Positions 7,078-14,400 of a DNA stretch of 14,400 nucleotides are shown one piece after another. The DNA comes from a virus (Duplodnaviria; Heunggongvirae; Uroviricota; Caudoviricetes): IMG/VR virus record IMGVR_UViG_2778261036_000011; one strand, given 5' to 3'. The notes under the pieces were generated by a model. It had not been told where the DNA came from. It saw only the letters and a list, made by a program, of their open reading frames with translations, and searched no databases. Positions within the stretch are counted from its first letter, which is position 1. The number at the start of each line of letters is the position of its first letter. The position numbers were made by a program, and so were the translations under genes.

Positions 7078-7416
7078 CTATTTCCCTGAATTTACGACGA
7101 AACTGTTCGAGCGGGCTGAAGCACTCATGTTCATAGCCTTCACGGAGGTAGATAACCCGTTGTGTTTCCGGCTCCCAACGAATGACTCTGACGGGCACTC
7201 CGTAGTGATCTTTGAACCAGCGGTTAACTTGTCGCAAAGGACTGTCTCCTTCTGCCGGTTGAAATCCCCCACAGCCCACTCTGCAAAGCTGTGGGTTACA
7301 ATTTCCCTGTCACCTGGTACATTCACTGCATAGCAATACTCCACCTTCGCTTTTCCACCCGGTACAGGAAGCGCAATCAGTTGCGAGCGACGGTAGTGTG
7401 TTGTTAAACTGTTCAT
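7078..7416 (-). CDS. Hypothetical small protein between the CII-like gene and O
   Basis: 112 aa ORF whose ATG overlaps the CII-like stop (ATGA); stop lies 10 nt before the O-like start. C-terminal half is Ser-rich and less protein-like; a second frame overlaps it (see findings). Confidence 0.35.
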   Translation of the reverse strand: MNSLTTHYRRSQLIALPVPGGKAKVEYCYAVNVPGDREIVTHSFAEWAVGDFNRQKETVLCDKLTAGSKITTECPSESFVGSRKHNGLSTSVKAMNMSASARSNSFVVNSGK

Positions 7417-7997
7417 GCGTTAGTTTCTCCACAACCAGAAGCAATCGACGCCACGACGCCCGGAGCTGCACACTCGCGGGCGTTACTCTTTTCCGGCGCA
7501 CAAAAAACACGAAATAACAGTGTTAAATGCTCCTGCCACTTCGCCATTACTTGGTAGCTGTTCTCTTCGATTTGCTCACGCTCAGCTTGGTCAATAACTC
7601 CATCAGCAGTTGCCTTGCGTAAGTACTGGGAATGCTTGCCAATCCATTCTATTGACTCCATCAGCCGCTGATTAATGTCACCATTGTCAATGTCATCAAT
7701 GACCACCAGCGGCACAAACACCCCATTACTACGACGGGCTATTGCATCCGTTACATGCCTGGTACCACTGGCATCCTGTAAAACCATGGCCCACTCAAGT
7801 GGAAAAATTTGATCCCCACCGCTACGCAGTCTGTTATGCAATTGATCTTTTGCTGGGGTGATATCATCAGATTTATACAAACCAAGAATTTCTGCTGCTT
7901 CCTCATAGCCATGAGGTAAATCAGCAATCGTTCTTCGTATTGCTGCCACCAGCCATGCTGGTTGCTTATCAACTTTCCATTCAGGTTCTTTACCCAC
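7413..7997 (-). CDS. CII-like lysogeny regulator (large YdaT/CP76-type, tentative)
   Basis: 194 aa; second gene of the rightward operon directly after cro, the canonical CII position. GTG start with GAGGG ribosome-binding site. Family assignment is by position and size, not a recognised motif. Confidence 0.45.
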   Translation of the reverse strand: MGKEPEWKVDKQPAWLVAAIRRTIADLPHGYEEAAEILGLYKSDDITPAKDQLHNRLRSGGDQIFPLEWAMVLQDASGTRHVTDAIARRSNGVFVPLVVIDDIDNGDINQRLMESIEWIGKHSQYLRKATADGVIDQAEREQIEENSYQVMAKWQEHLTLLFRVFCAPEKSNARECAAPGVVASIASGCGETNA

Positions 7998-8024
7998 GTT
8001 TAAGCCCTCATATCTGTGGTGTTT

Positions 8025-8222
8025 TTATGCCGCAGCACTGTTAGTCTTTTGATATAAAGACACGTCAACTTTCAGTTTCCCGTTAGTAATTTTTTCTAAC
8101 TGGTACGCTCGGCCTTCAGGAATAATCTCAGGCCACTCTGAAACAGACGGATGCTTAATACCTAGGGCTTCGGCGGTTTTACAAACTCCGCCGAAATAAT
8201 TAATCACGTCGGATTTCCGCAT
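8025..8222 (-). CDS. cro: Cro-like repressor
   Basis: 65 aa basic protein with an HTH-like segment (VCKTAEALGIKHPSVSEW), transcribed divergently from cI directly from the operator region. Confidence 0.65.
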   Translation of the reverse strand: MRKSDVINYFGGVCKTAEALGIKHPSVSEWPEIIPEGRAYQLEKITNGKLKVDVSLYQKTNSAAA

Positions 8223-8254
8223 TTCTGTCTCCCGTTAAATTACGTTAAGCAGGA

Positions 8255-8319
8255 ATGTAGGATATCCAACATATCAATGTCAAGAATCCTACATGAGCAT
8301 GTGGTAGGATTGCCTACAT
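8255..8319. promoter_or_regulatory. oR operator cluster with divergent pR and pRM
   Basis: Three operator sites: ATGTAGGATATCCAACAT (8255..8272), right half-site ATCCTACAT (8286..8294), TGGTAGGATTGCCTACAT (8302..8319). pR -35 TTGACA on the minus strand at 8278..8283, with -10 about 17 bp downstream overlapping the first operator. Confidence 0.6.
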
Positions 8320-8971
8320 GATGAACATGAGTGATCGTATTCGCCAAAGGCGAAAAGAACTGAACCTGACACAACAAGCACTGGCTGATTTGACTGGTGT
8401 GAACCGTGTCACGGTTACTGGATGGGAAAAGGACGACTACCAACCAAATGGAGCCAACCTTCAAGCCCTAGCCAACGCACTTAAATGCGATCCTCTGTGG
8501 CTTGTTAGCGGAAAAGGCTCGCCTGAACCAAAGATAAATCTAAAACCTGAAATATTCGCAGTTAAAAAAGTCCCCCTCATCTCGTGGGTTCAGGCGGGTT
8601 CATGGACAATGACGGAGCCTGGTGTCAGGAAAGAAGATGCTGAAGAGTGGGTTTATACTACCGCCCTTGTATCAGAAATGGCATTTGCACTACGGGTCCG
8701 TGGTGATTCAATGACCAATCCCCTCGGCTCACCATCGATACCAGAAGGTTCTATCGTTATCGTAGAGCCAGATATTATTGATACAGAGTGTATTAACGGA
8801 AAAATCGTTGTTGCCCATATCAATGGTGGGCAAGAAGCGACACTCAAAAAATTTGTTGAGGACTGGCCGAACAGGTATCTCGTCCCACTAAATCCTAACT
8901 ATAAAACTATTGAATGCGGTGAGAACTGCAGAATAGTTGGTCTTGTCAAACAAGTAATAATGGATTTTTGA
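8318..8971 (+). CDS. cI: cI-type prophage repressor (HTH plus S24 LexA-like autopeptidase)
   Basis: 217 aa; N-terminal HTH (LTQQALADLTGVNRVTVTGWE), Ala-Gly cleavage site (VQAGSW), Ser/Lys dyad (RVRGDSM ... ATLKKF) in the C-terminal domain. Confidence 0.9.
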   Translation: MMNMSDRIRQRRKELNLTQQALADLTGVNRVTVTGWEKDDYQPNGANLQALANALKCDPLWLVSGKGSPEPKINLKPEIFAVKKVPLISWVQAGSWTMTEPGVRKEDAEEWVYTTALVSEMAFALRVRGDSMTNPLGSPSIPEGSIVIVEPDIIDTECINGKIVVAHINGGQEATLKKFVEDWPNRYLVPLNPNYKTIECGENCRIVGLVKQVIMDF

Positions 8972-8991
8972 CACATCTTCCTCACTATCGC

Positions 8992-9017
8992 AAAACCGGG
9001 GTATCCCCGGTTTTTTT
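8992..9017 (+). terminator. Intrinsic terminator after cI
   Basis: aaaaccgggg-tat-ccccggtttt hairpin followed by a 7-T run (9011..9017), 21 nt after the cI stop. Confidence 0.7.
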
Positions 9018-9033
9018 ATGAGCCTATCTTTTT

Positions 9034-9087
9034 ATGTAGGATAACCAACATAAACTCTTGACACTCACATGTTGGATATCCTACATT
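9034..9087 (+). promoter_or_regulatory. oL operators and pL promoter
   Basis: Operators ATGTAGGATAACCAACAT (9034..9051) and ATGTTGGATATCCTACAT (9069..9086), the same palindrome family as oR. -35 TTGACA at 9058..9063, with -10 (CTACAT/TACATT) about 17-18 bp downstream inside the second operator. Confidence 0.6.
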
Positions 9088-9246
9088 TGTTTTTAGAGTT
9101 GTGGTGAATGCGCAGGCTGATGCGCGAAAGACATTGCAGCTATTGCGGAAAAGAGCTGTTCGGCGGGGCAATTAAACGCCCGTGAGAGTCTGAAATAACC
9201 GCAAGCCGGAGATCAGCACCGGTCACCACAACAGCCACTGCTTTGG

Positions 9247-9380
9247 CGGTACCAGTTTGTACACTTGCTTCCGGCTGGTACCGCTCTTTTTACAAAACAG
9301 AGAAGAGCATCACCGGACGACGGGCTCATAACCCAATCCATCCGGGCGGCTGCCACCGCAGGTGTTCTTCTCTGTTTTGT
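9247..9380 (+). promoter_or_regulatory. Structured pL leader: hairpin plus T-run, boxA-like CGCTCTTTTTA, and a long composite stem-loop
   Basis: Hairpin cggtaccag(9247..9255)/ctggtaccg(9275..9283) followed by ctcttttt; boxA-like cgctcttttta (9283..9293); 15-bp stem 9292..9306 pairing with 9366..9380 around a GC-rich loop of about 59 nt with internal complementarity (ccgga 9314..9318 / tccgg 9341..9345). Confidence 0.35.
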
Positions 9381-9428
9381 GGAGAAACCAACCGACCTTG
9401 CAGGGTCGATATGATGAGGAGCAGCAAA

Positions 9429-9791
9429 ATGGCTAGCGAACGCAGTACTGATGTGCAGGCATTTATCGGGGAGCTGGACGGCGGCGTATTTGAAACCAAA
9501 ATCGGCGCAGTTCTCAGTGAAGTCGCTTCCGGTGTGATGAACACGAAAACCAAAGGGAAGGTCTCACTCAATCTGGAAATCGAACCGTTTGATGAGAACC
9601 GTGTGAAAATCAAACACAAACTCTCATATGTTCGCCCGACTAACCGCGGGAAAATTTCCGAAGAAGACACCACCGAAACGCCGATGTATGTCAATCGCGG
9701 TGGTCGCCTGACTATTCTGCAGGAAGACCAGGGACAATTACTGACTCTTGCCGGTGAACCTGACGGAAAACTCCGCGCAGCAGGTCATTAA
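9429..9791 (+). CDS. First gene of the leftward operon; hypothetical 120 aa protein (YfdP-like by size and context)
   Basis: Start at ATG 9429 with a GAGGA ribosome-binding site 8 nt upstream; the track ORF start at 9243 would translate the structured leader. Resemblance to the E. coli CPS-53 yfdP..yfdT gene set is from recollection of lengths and order only. Confidence 0.5.
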   Translation: MASERSTDVQAFIGELDGGVFETKIGAVLSEVASGVMNTKTKGKVSLNLEIEPFDENRVKIKHKLSYVRPTNRGKISEEDTTETPMYVNRGGRLTILQEDQGQLLTLAGEPDGKLRAAGH

Positions 9792-9856
9792 TATCGTTCT
9801 TAATTAACTGATTATTTATCTCATCACTGAATATCTTTATATAGTGAGGACTTATT

Positions 9857-10423
9857 ATGTCTCAGAACTTAGACGCAACCGCAATTAATCAAATCCATGC
9901 CCTTATTTCTGCTCAGGGTGTTAATGAAATTATCAGTAAGATTGGTGCCGATGCTGTGGCATTGCCTGAGAATTTCCGCATTCATGATCTGGAAAAATTT
10001 AATTTAAATCGCTTCCGTTTCCGTGGTGCGCTTTCCACTGCCAGCATCGATGACTTTACCCGTTATTCTAAAGATCTTGCAGATGAAGGCACCCGCTGCT
10101 TTATTGATGCTGATAATATGCGTGCCGTCAGTGTGCTTAACCTGGGTACTATTGATGAACCAGGTCACGCAGATAACACCGCCACTCTCAAACTGAAAAA
10201 GACAGCACCGTTCTCTGCTCTGTTGTCTGTTAATGGCGAGCGTAACTCCCAGAAATCACTGGCAGAATGGATTGAAGACTGGGCCGACTACCTTGTGGGC
10301 TTTGATGCTAATGGTGACACCATTCAGGCAACAAAAGCGGCTGCGGCGGTCCGTAAAATCACGATTGAAGCAAACCAGACCGCTGATTTTGAAGATAATG
10401 ACTTCAGCGGCAAACGCTCCTGA
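9857..10423 (+). CDS. Hypothetical protein, 188 aa (possible N-terminal part of a YfdQ-like protein)
   Basis: Clean ORF with a GTGAGGA ribosome-binding site; acidic protein. Stop TGA overlaps the ATG of the next ORF (TGATG). Confidence 0.5.
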   Translation: MSQNLDATAINQIHALISAQGVNEIISKIGADAVALPENFRIHDLEKFNLNRFRFRGALSTASIDDFTRYSKDLADEGTRCFIDADNMRAVSVLNLGTIDEPGHADNTATLKLKKTAPFSALLSVNGERNSQKSLAEWIEDWADYLVGFDANGDTIQATKAAAAVRKITIEANQTADFEDNDFSGKRS

Positions 10424-10680
10424 TGGAGTCTGTCGAAGCGAAGACCAAAGACATTATGCCAGTGGCATTTGAATTTAAATGCATTCCGTTTGAAGGTCTG
10501 AAAGAACGTCCGTTTAAATTACGCCTCAGCATTATCACTGGCGATCGTCCGGTACTGGTTCTGCGCATTATTCAGCTGGAGGCGGTGCAGGAAGAAATGG
10601 CTAACGAATTTCGTGATCTGCTTGTTGAGAAATTCAAGGACAGCAAAGTAGAAACCTTTATTGGTACTTTCACCGCCTGA
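10423..10680 (+). CDS. Hypothetical protein, 85 aa (separate coupled gene or C-terminal part of a frameshifted gene)
   Basis: Protein-like ORF ([85 protein letters not shown]) starting in the TGATG overlap. Confidence 0.4.
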   Translation: MESVEAKTKDIMPVAFEFKCIPFEGLKERPFKLRLSIITGDRPVLVLRIIQLEAVQEEMANEFRDLLVEKFKDSKVETFIGTFTA

Positions 10681-10692
10681 TTTCATTACTGC

Positions 10693-10714
10693 AAATGCCC
10701 CTGAGGGGGCATTT
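10693..10714 (+). terminator. Perfect 9-bp palindromic hairpin (weak terminator or RNA element)
   Basis: aaatgcccc-tgag-ggggcattt; the trailing T residues are inside the stem and are followed by atgg, so no strong T-tract. Confidence 0.3.
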
Positions 10715-10807
10715 ATGGAAACGTAATTTACTCAATAATCGCCGGATGGTGAGGGATTCTTTTTACCAGAATTCAGCGCGGTGCAGCGCATATACGTGGA
10801 GAACAAA

Positions 10808-11344
10808 ATGTCATTTATTAAAACTTTTTCCGGGAAGCATTTTTATTATGACAGGATAAATAAAGACGACATCGATATTAACGATATCGCGGTTTCCCTT
10901 TCAAATATCTGTCGCTTTGCCGGTCATCTTTCGCACTTCTACAGCGTCGCCCAACATGCGGTTCTTTGCAGCCAGCTGGTACCGCAGGAATTTGCTTTTG
11001 AAGCATTAATGCATGATGCAACAGAAGCGTATTGCCAGGACATCCCCGCTCCACTGAAACGCCTTCTTCCTGACTATAAACGGATGGAAGAAAAAATTGA
11101 CGCCGTAATCCGTGAGAAATACGGGTTACCCCCAGTTATGAGTACGCCCGTGAAATATGCCGATCTTATCATGCTGGCAACCGAACGCCGCGATCTCGGG
11201 CTTGATGATGGCTCTTTCTGGCCTGTACTGGAAGGCATCCCGGCAACAGAGATGTTCAACGTGATTCCACTGGCACCTAGCCATGCCTACGGGATGTTTA
11301 TGGAACGTTTTAACGAGTTATCGGAGTTACACAAATGCGCATGA
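10808..11344 (+). CDS. yfdR: HD-domain phosphohydrolase (YfdR-like 5'-deoxynucleotidase family)
   Basis: HD motif (SVAQHAVL ... LMHDATEAY ... D). Start at ATG 10808 with GTGGAG ribosome-binding site gives 178 aa; the track ORF starts 27 nt upstream. Confidence 0.7.
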   Translation: MSFIKTFSGKHFYYDRINKDDIDINDIAVSLSNICRFAGHLSHFYSVAQHAVLCSQLVPQEFAFEALMHDATEAYCQDIPAPLKRLLPDYKRMEEKIDAVIREKYGLPPVMSTPVKYADLIMLATERRDLGLDDGSFWPVLEGIPATEMFNVIPLAPSHAYGMFMERFNELSELHKCA

Positions 11345-11685
11345 ATGTTTTCGAAATGGAAGGGTTTCTTCGCGGGAAATGTGTACCGCGAGATCTGAAA
11401 GTGAATGAAACAAATGCTGAGTATCTGGTGCGTAAATTCGATGAAGTACGTGCTGAGGCTCGCAACGAGGGTATTAACTATACCGCAAGCCGTCTTGCTG
11501 CTGCTTTCAATCACGGATTTATCAATAAGCCTTTGGCTGAAGTTTTCGACGTTACACGCATGATTTTGTCAGCGAAAGAAGAGTTGGCTAATGAAGCGCA
11601 TCCGATTGATGGCCTGTCTGGTGAATATGCGGAGAAATCCCTTGAAGAATGGGCGGAACAGATTCGCAAAGGAAGCAGCCAGTGA
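11335..11685 (+). CDS. Hypothetical protein, 116 aa
   Basis: ORF overlapping the upstream stop; C-terminal tail ...LEEWAEQIRKGSSQ resembles the tail of the 244 aa protein further downstream. Confidence 0.55.
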   Translation: MRMNVFEMEGFLRGKCVPRDLKVNETNAEYLVRKFDEVRAEARNEGINYTASRLAAAFNHGFINKPLAEVFDVTRMILSAKEELANEAHPIDGLSGEYAEKSLEEWAEQIRKGSSQ

Positions 11686-11972
11686 ATATCGACACGACAA
11701 TAACGATCGATACGCTCCTAAATACCGGTCTGGCACTTCTCGGTTGGCTTTACATCATGTCCCGCACATGGCGATGGCTGGGTTCCATTTTCCTAAAACA
11801 GTGGAAAAAACGGCGCAAACAGGAACTACGCCAGAAGGCATTAGAAGCGTTCTATGACGCATTTGAGCTTAGCCGCATTGAACCAGGTACAACAGCCAGG
11901 ATAGCGACAAAAGGCGACCTGATGATAGTGATGTTCCGACAGGAGAGAGCAGAGAAAGGGGAATCAGCATGA
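11682..11972 (+). CDS. Small protein with one predicted TM helix, 96 aa
   Basis: GTG start overlapping the upstream stop (GTGA) with an AAGGAAG ribosome-binding site; hydrophobic segment LLNTGLALLGWLYIM followed by a basic region. The track ORF from 11649 has no ribosome-binding site. Confidence 0.45.
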   Translation: MNIDTTITIDTLLNTGLALLGWLYIMSRTWRWLGSIFLKQWKKRRKQELRQKALEAFYDAFELSRIEPGTTARIATKGDLMIVMFRQERAEKGESA

Positions 11973-12703
11973 AATTTTCCAAATTTTCTGAGTTGGTGAA
12001 TCGTATTTTGTCCAACAACCACAGCCATCGTCGCGATATGGATGTAACAATCGTTGTTCATTCGCCTGGCAGCATTGGTTCAACACCTTCAGTTGAGGTT
12101 CAGTCAATTCACGCTGGTTTTGATTGGGATTCCGGGAAAGTGCTTATTTTCCCATCACAGCCACTGACCACGCTAACACCAGAACAGATTACTGATATCA
12201 CTGATAGTGTGCGCAAAGGTCAGTCTTGGCACGCATATCAGGAATACAAGAAGCATCAAGAGCAGTTGGAAAAATTGTCGATTGAACTGGATGCCGCAAA
12301 ACAGCGCATTGCAGAGCTGGAGGGTAATCGCACGGCGCTGGCAGTGGAGAATGAGCTGGCTCGTAAGGCAGTTCAGGCATTCTGCGATGTTGTTGGCGAC
12401 AACACCGAGGTTATCGCTGAGGTGGTTGGGCGAGATGGCGTTCTGGTTATTTTGGAGGCCATGAAGGCAACAGGAAATATGCCAGCCACCGATGCTTTCC
12501 TGGCTGAAGTGCGGGCGCAGGGCGTGGATGCTGCTATAGAAGCTGCAAAAAATCTGGTGGCCCAAGAATATGAGTATAAGGATTTCAAAGCGGCGCAGAG
12601 TGATTGCTGTATGCACCCTGGTTCAGACCTGGTAGGGAAGGTTGAAATGACTGAGTGGTTAGTTGACTTTGCTGCCCAGCTTCGCAAAGGAGGCAACCAG
12701 TGA
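11969..12703 (+). CDS. Hypothetical coiled-coil protein, 244 aa
   Basis: ATG overlaps the upstream stop (ATGA); central heptad-like region (QEQLEKLSIELDAAKQRIAELEGNRTALAVENELARKAVQ). Confidence 0.6.
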   Translation: MKFSKFSELVNRILSNNHSHRRDMDVTIVVHSPGSIGSTPSVEVQSIHAGFDWDSGKVLIFPSQPLTTLTPEQITDITDSVRKGQSWHAYQEYKKHQEQLEKLSIELDAAKQRIAELEGNRTALAVENELARKAVQAFCDVVGDNTEVIAEVVGRDGVLVILEAMKATGNMPATDAFLAEVRAQGVDAAIEAAKNLVAQEYEYKDFKAAQSDCCMHPGSDLVGKVEMTEWLVDFAAQLRKGGNQ

Positions 12704-13332
12704 GCGAAATTAATTACCAGGCACTGCGTGAGGCGGCGGAACGTGCAATTCCAGCAATGGAACGCCTGTTAATGTTGCCAGCTGATGATGATTTGTTAAG
12801 TGAACAGGAACTTAAAGATTACGGTGTGGATATTGATGCGCTCAACGCCTTCAAATTTCTGGCCGGACCAGAAACCGTGCTGGCACTACTGGATGAACGG
12901 GAAAGGAACCAGCAATACATCAAATCCCGCGACCAGGAGAACGAGGATATTGCGCTTACGGTTGGGAAGCTGAGAGTTGAGCTTGAGGAGACAAAATCAA
13001 AACTCAACGAGCAGCGTGAGTATTACGAAGGTGTTATCTCGGATGGGAGTAAGCGCATTGCTGAACTGGAGGAGCGGGAAATAAAACCAGCCAAAGGTGA
13101 AGTTCTGGTCGTTGTATCTGGTTTTACTGGTTGCGGAAAAAGCGCCATTGCCGGGGAAATAGAAATCGCGATGAAGGCTATTGGTGTACCGGTTAAGTGG
13201 ACTAATGGCGATGCAGAAAAGCGCATGACTGGCGCTGACTGGCTGACTGCGATTGAGATGTACAAACCAACTGTGCGCATCGTGGAAGTTAATGTGCCAC
13301 GCGCCCCTGGCATTCGCATCAAAGGAGAGTGA
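12700..13332 (+). CDS. Hypothetical protein, 210 aa, coiled-coil N-terminus and Walker-A-like motif
   Basis: GTG start overlapping the upstream stop (GTGA); VVVSGFTGCGKSA fits GxxxxGKS after a hydrophobic strand, though the domain is short for a canonical P-loop fold. Confidence 0.55.
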   Translation: MSEINYQALREAAERAIPAMERLLMLPADDDLLSEQELKDYGVDIDALNAFKFLAGPETVLALLDERERNQQYIKSRDQENEDIALTVGKLRVELEETKSKLNEQREYYEGVISDGSKRIAELEEREIKPAKGEVLVVVSGFTGCGKSAIAGEIEIAMKAIGVPVKWTNGDAEKRMTGADWLTAIEMYKPTVRIVEVNVPRAPGIRIKGE

Positions 13333-13334
13333 TA

Positions 13335-13543
13335 TGGCTATCGCTGCAAGTTACACCATGCATCTCTATTGTGACTGCCGCCAGTGTACGGAAGGTGTAT
13401 ATCCAGTGCCAGACTTCGGTGAGTATATCGGTACGTCATGGTCTGGTTGTGCAAAAGAGGCCCGTAAAGACGGGTGGCGAATAAGTAAAGACAAAACACG
13501 TGCTTTTGCGCCCGGGCATAAAGTTTTGAGGATTAACAAATGA
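13335..13543 (+). CDS. Small Cys-rich protein, 69 aa (possible zinc-binding)
   Basis: ATG at 13335 preceded by AAGGAG; cysteines at CDCRQC plus a later C. The track ORF from 13253 overlaps the upstream gene out of frame. Confidence 0.5.
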
Positions 13544-13902
13544 CCACTATTACCAAAGAACGTATCGAATTATTCATTAAAAATCCGCTTGATAACGGGC
13601 TTACCCGTGGCGAACAAATGGAACTGGCACGAATTGCGCTGGCATCACTGGAAGCCGAACCGGTTGCAGTAAACGACGACATGGCTTACGCATTCCATCA
13701 CGCATTGTCAGATTCATCGCTAGGCGCTGATGAAGTAGAGGAAATTAAGGCCGGTTTGCGTGCTGCCTTTGCCAACGTCACTATCCAACCAGAGCCGGTA
13801 GTGCCGGATGAAATCGATCCAGACGATAGCAATACGTTTGATTATGTTGATGGCTGGAACGCCTGCCGCGCTGCCATGCTTCAGGGTAAGGGAGGTGAGT
13901 AA
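13540..13902 (+). CDS. Hypothetical acidic protein, 120 aa
   Basis: ATG overlaps the upstream stop (ATGA); clean ORF. Confidence 0.6.
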   Translation: MTTITKERIELFIKNPLDNGLTRGEQMELARIALASLEAEPVAVNDDMAYAFHHALSDSSLGADEVEEIKAGLRAAFANVTIQPEPVVPDEIDPDDSNTFDYVDGWNACRAAMLQGKGGE

Positions 13903-14078
13903 TGCGTGTGGCATTTTTCGGCTTGTTACCGTACCCGACTCGTTTTTGGGCTTCTGCGCTAATTGCAAAGCCACATGTCCTGATGGCTGACAACATCATC
14001 CCGGCACCAAAGCGCCGCCATACCGGTATTGCAGCGGCACGACGAGCAGCAAAGAGACGCAGGAGAGCAAAGCGATGA
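13902..14078 (+). CDS. Small ORF, 58 aa, with Arg-rich C-terminus (below the ORF-track cutoff)
   Basis: ATG overlaps the upstream TAA (TAATG) and its stop overlaps the next ATG (ATGA), so it fits the coupled gene chain. Translation by hand: MRVAFFGLLPYPTRFWASALIAKPHVLMADNIIPAPKRRHTGIAAARRAAKRRRRAKR. Confidence 0.35.
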   Translation: MRVAFFGLLPYPTRFWASALIAKPHVLMADNIIPAPKRRHTGIAAARRAAKRRRRAKR

Positions 14079-14263
14079 AAAACCGTAAAGCAAAGATTCT
14101 GTTAGTTCGTAGAAACGCTCCTGGCGTCTGGCAGTGGGTGAGACTCAGCAACCGACGGATGGGGTTGATGAAATATTACGGGATGATGGATTGTGGTTTT
14201 TGCAAAAAGCCCAGCGCGGCGCAAAACCGCTGGAAAAACCACTTGCGCACTAAAGGAGAGTGA
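14075..14263 (+). CDS. Small basic protein, 62 aa
   Basis: ORF in the coupled chain; contains CGFC; ends in the conserved junction aaaggagagtgatATGg. Confidence 0.45.
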   Translation: MKNRKAKILLVRRNAPGVWQWVRLSNRRMGLMKYYGMMDCGFCKKPSAAQNRWKNHLRTKGE

Positions 14264-14264
14264 T

Positions 14265-14400
14265 ATGGCGTTAACACACCGCGAACTCTGTCAGATTGCG
14301 TATAAGTTCCTTAAGCGCAACGGGTTCAAGGTTTGTTTTCATGACCGCTTTATAGCTGTAACCAGTACCGGAGAACAGCCAGATGCTATGGGATTCAGAA
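14265..14400 (+). CDS. Hypothetical protein, 5' part only (continues past the window end)
   Basis: ATG 14265 preceded by AAGGAG; open frame MALTHRELCQIAYKFLKRNGFKVCFHDRFIAVTSTGEQPDAMGFR... to the window edge. Confidence 0.5.
   Translation, partial: MALTHRELCQIAYKFLKRNGFKVCFHDRFIAVTSTGEQPDAMGFR

Noticed and set aside
7310-7972. ORFs 7310..7510 (-) and 7751..7972 (-) overlapping the CII-like gene, and 7040..7333 (+)
   Set aside because: Off-frame or antisense overlaps with better-supported genes; no ribosome-binding sites.
8240-8464. 74 aa minus-strand ORF across oR and the cI 5' end; also 8653..8847 (-) inside cI
   Set aside because: They overlap the operator region and the strongly supported cI gene on the opposite strand.
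9243-9428. N-terminal extension of the 9243..9791 ORF, and minus-strand ORF 9326..9694
   Set aside because: The extension translates the structured leader (Cys/Arg-rich) and lacks a ribosome-binding site, whereas ATG 9429 has a strong GAGGA site; the minus-strand ORF is antisense to that gene.
10233-12696. Assorted off-frame or antisense ORFs in the leftward operon (10233..10472, 11074..11259, 11287..11514, 11591..11857, 11852..12061, 12173..12616, 12198..12380, 12207..12464, 12373..12696)
   Set aside because: Each overlaps a gene in the coupled chain that has a ribosome-binding site and start/stop coupling; none has its own translation signals.
12819-13999. Minus-strand ORFs 12819..13007, 13023..13322, 13720..13974, 13781..13999 and plus-strand ORF 13808..13990
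   Set aside because: Antisense or off-frame to the coupled plus-strand genes; Ser/Thr-rich or otherwise low-complexity translations.
1-14400. tRNA genes, attachment-site repeats, integrase or IS elements
   Set aside because: No cloverleaf-like sequences, no integrase or transposase ORFs and no terminal inverted repeats were seen; the prophage ends appear to lie outside this window.

Overview
This window reads as the immunity-to-early-gene core of a lambdoid (temperate) prophage of an enterobacterial host, plus one compositionally foreign insertion. Nothing was computed or searched; all calls come from reading the sequence and ORF translations, and family names come from recognised motifs. 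Centre: a cI-type repressor (8318..8971, +) diverges from a cro-like gene (8025..8222, -) across an operator region, with the same operator palindrome repeated downstream of cI (oL/pL). The rightward early operon runs on the minus strand as a tightly coupled chain (ATGA/TGATG overlaps): cro, CII-like, small ORF, O-like replication initiator with an embedded iteron origin, PerC-like regulator, N6-adenine methyltransferase, LexA DNA-binding-domain-only protein, RusA, KilA-N protein, DUF968/HNH protein, Q-like antiterminator. The leftward early operon runs on the plus strand from 9429 to the window end as a chain of small coupled genes, including an HD-domain phosphohydrolase. The two most interesting observations are (a) an A+T-rich two-gene cassette (420..1881, +; soluble 308 aa protein plus 4-TM 182 aa protein) lying convergent to Q where the late promoter would normally be, a candidate undescribed accessory or defence module; and (b) a near-consensus SOS (LexA) box in the promoter of the KilA-N gene, two genes downstream of a phage-encoded LexA mimic that lacks the cleavage domain.
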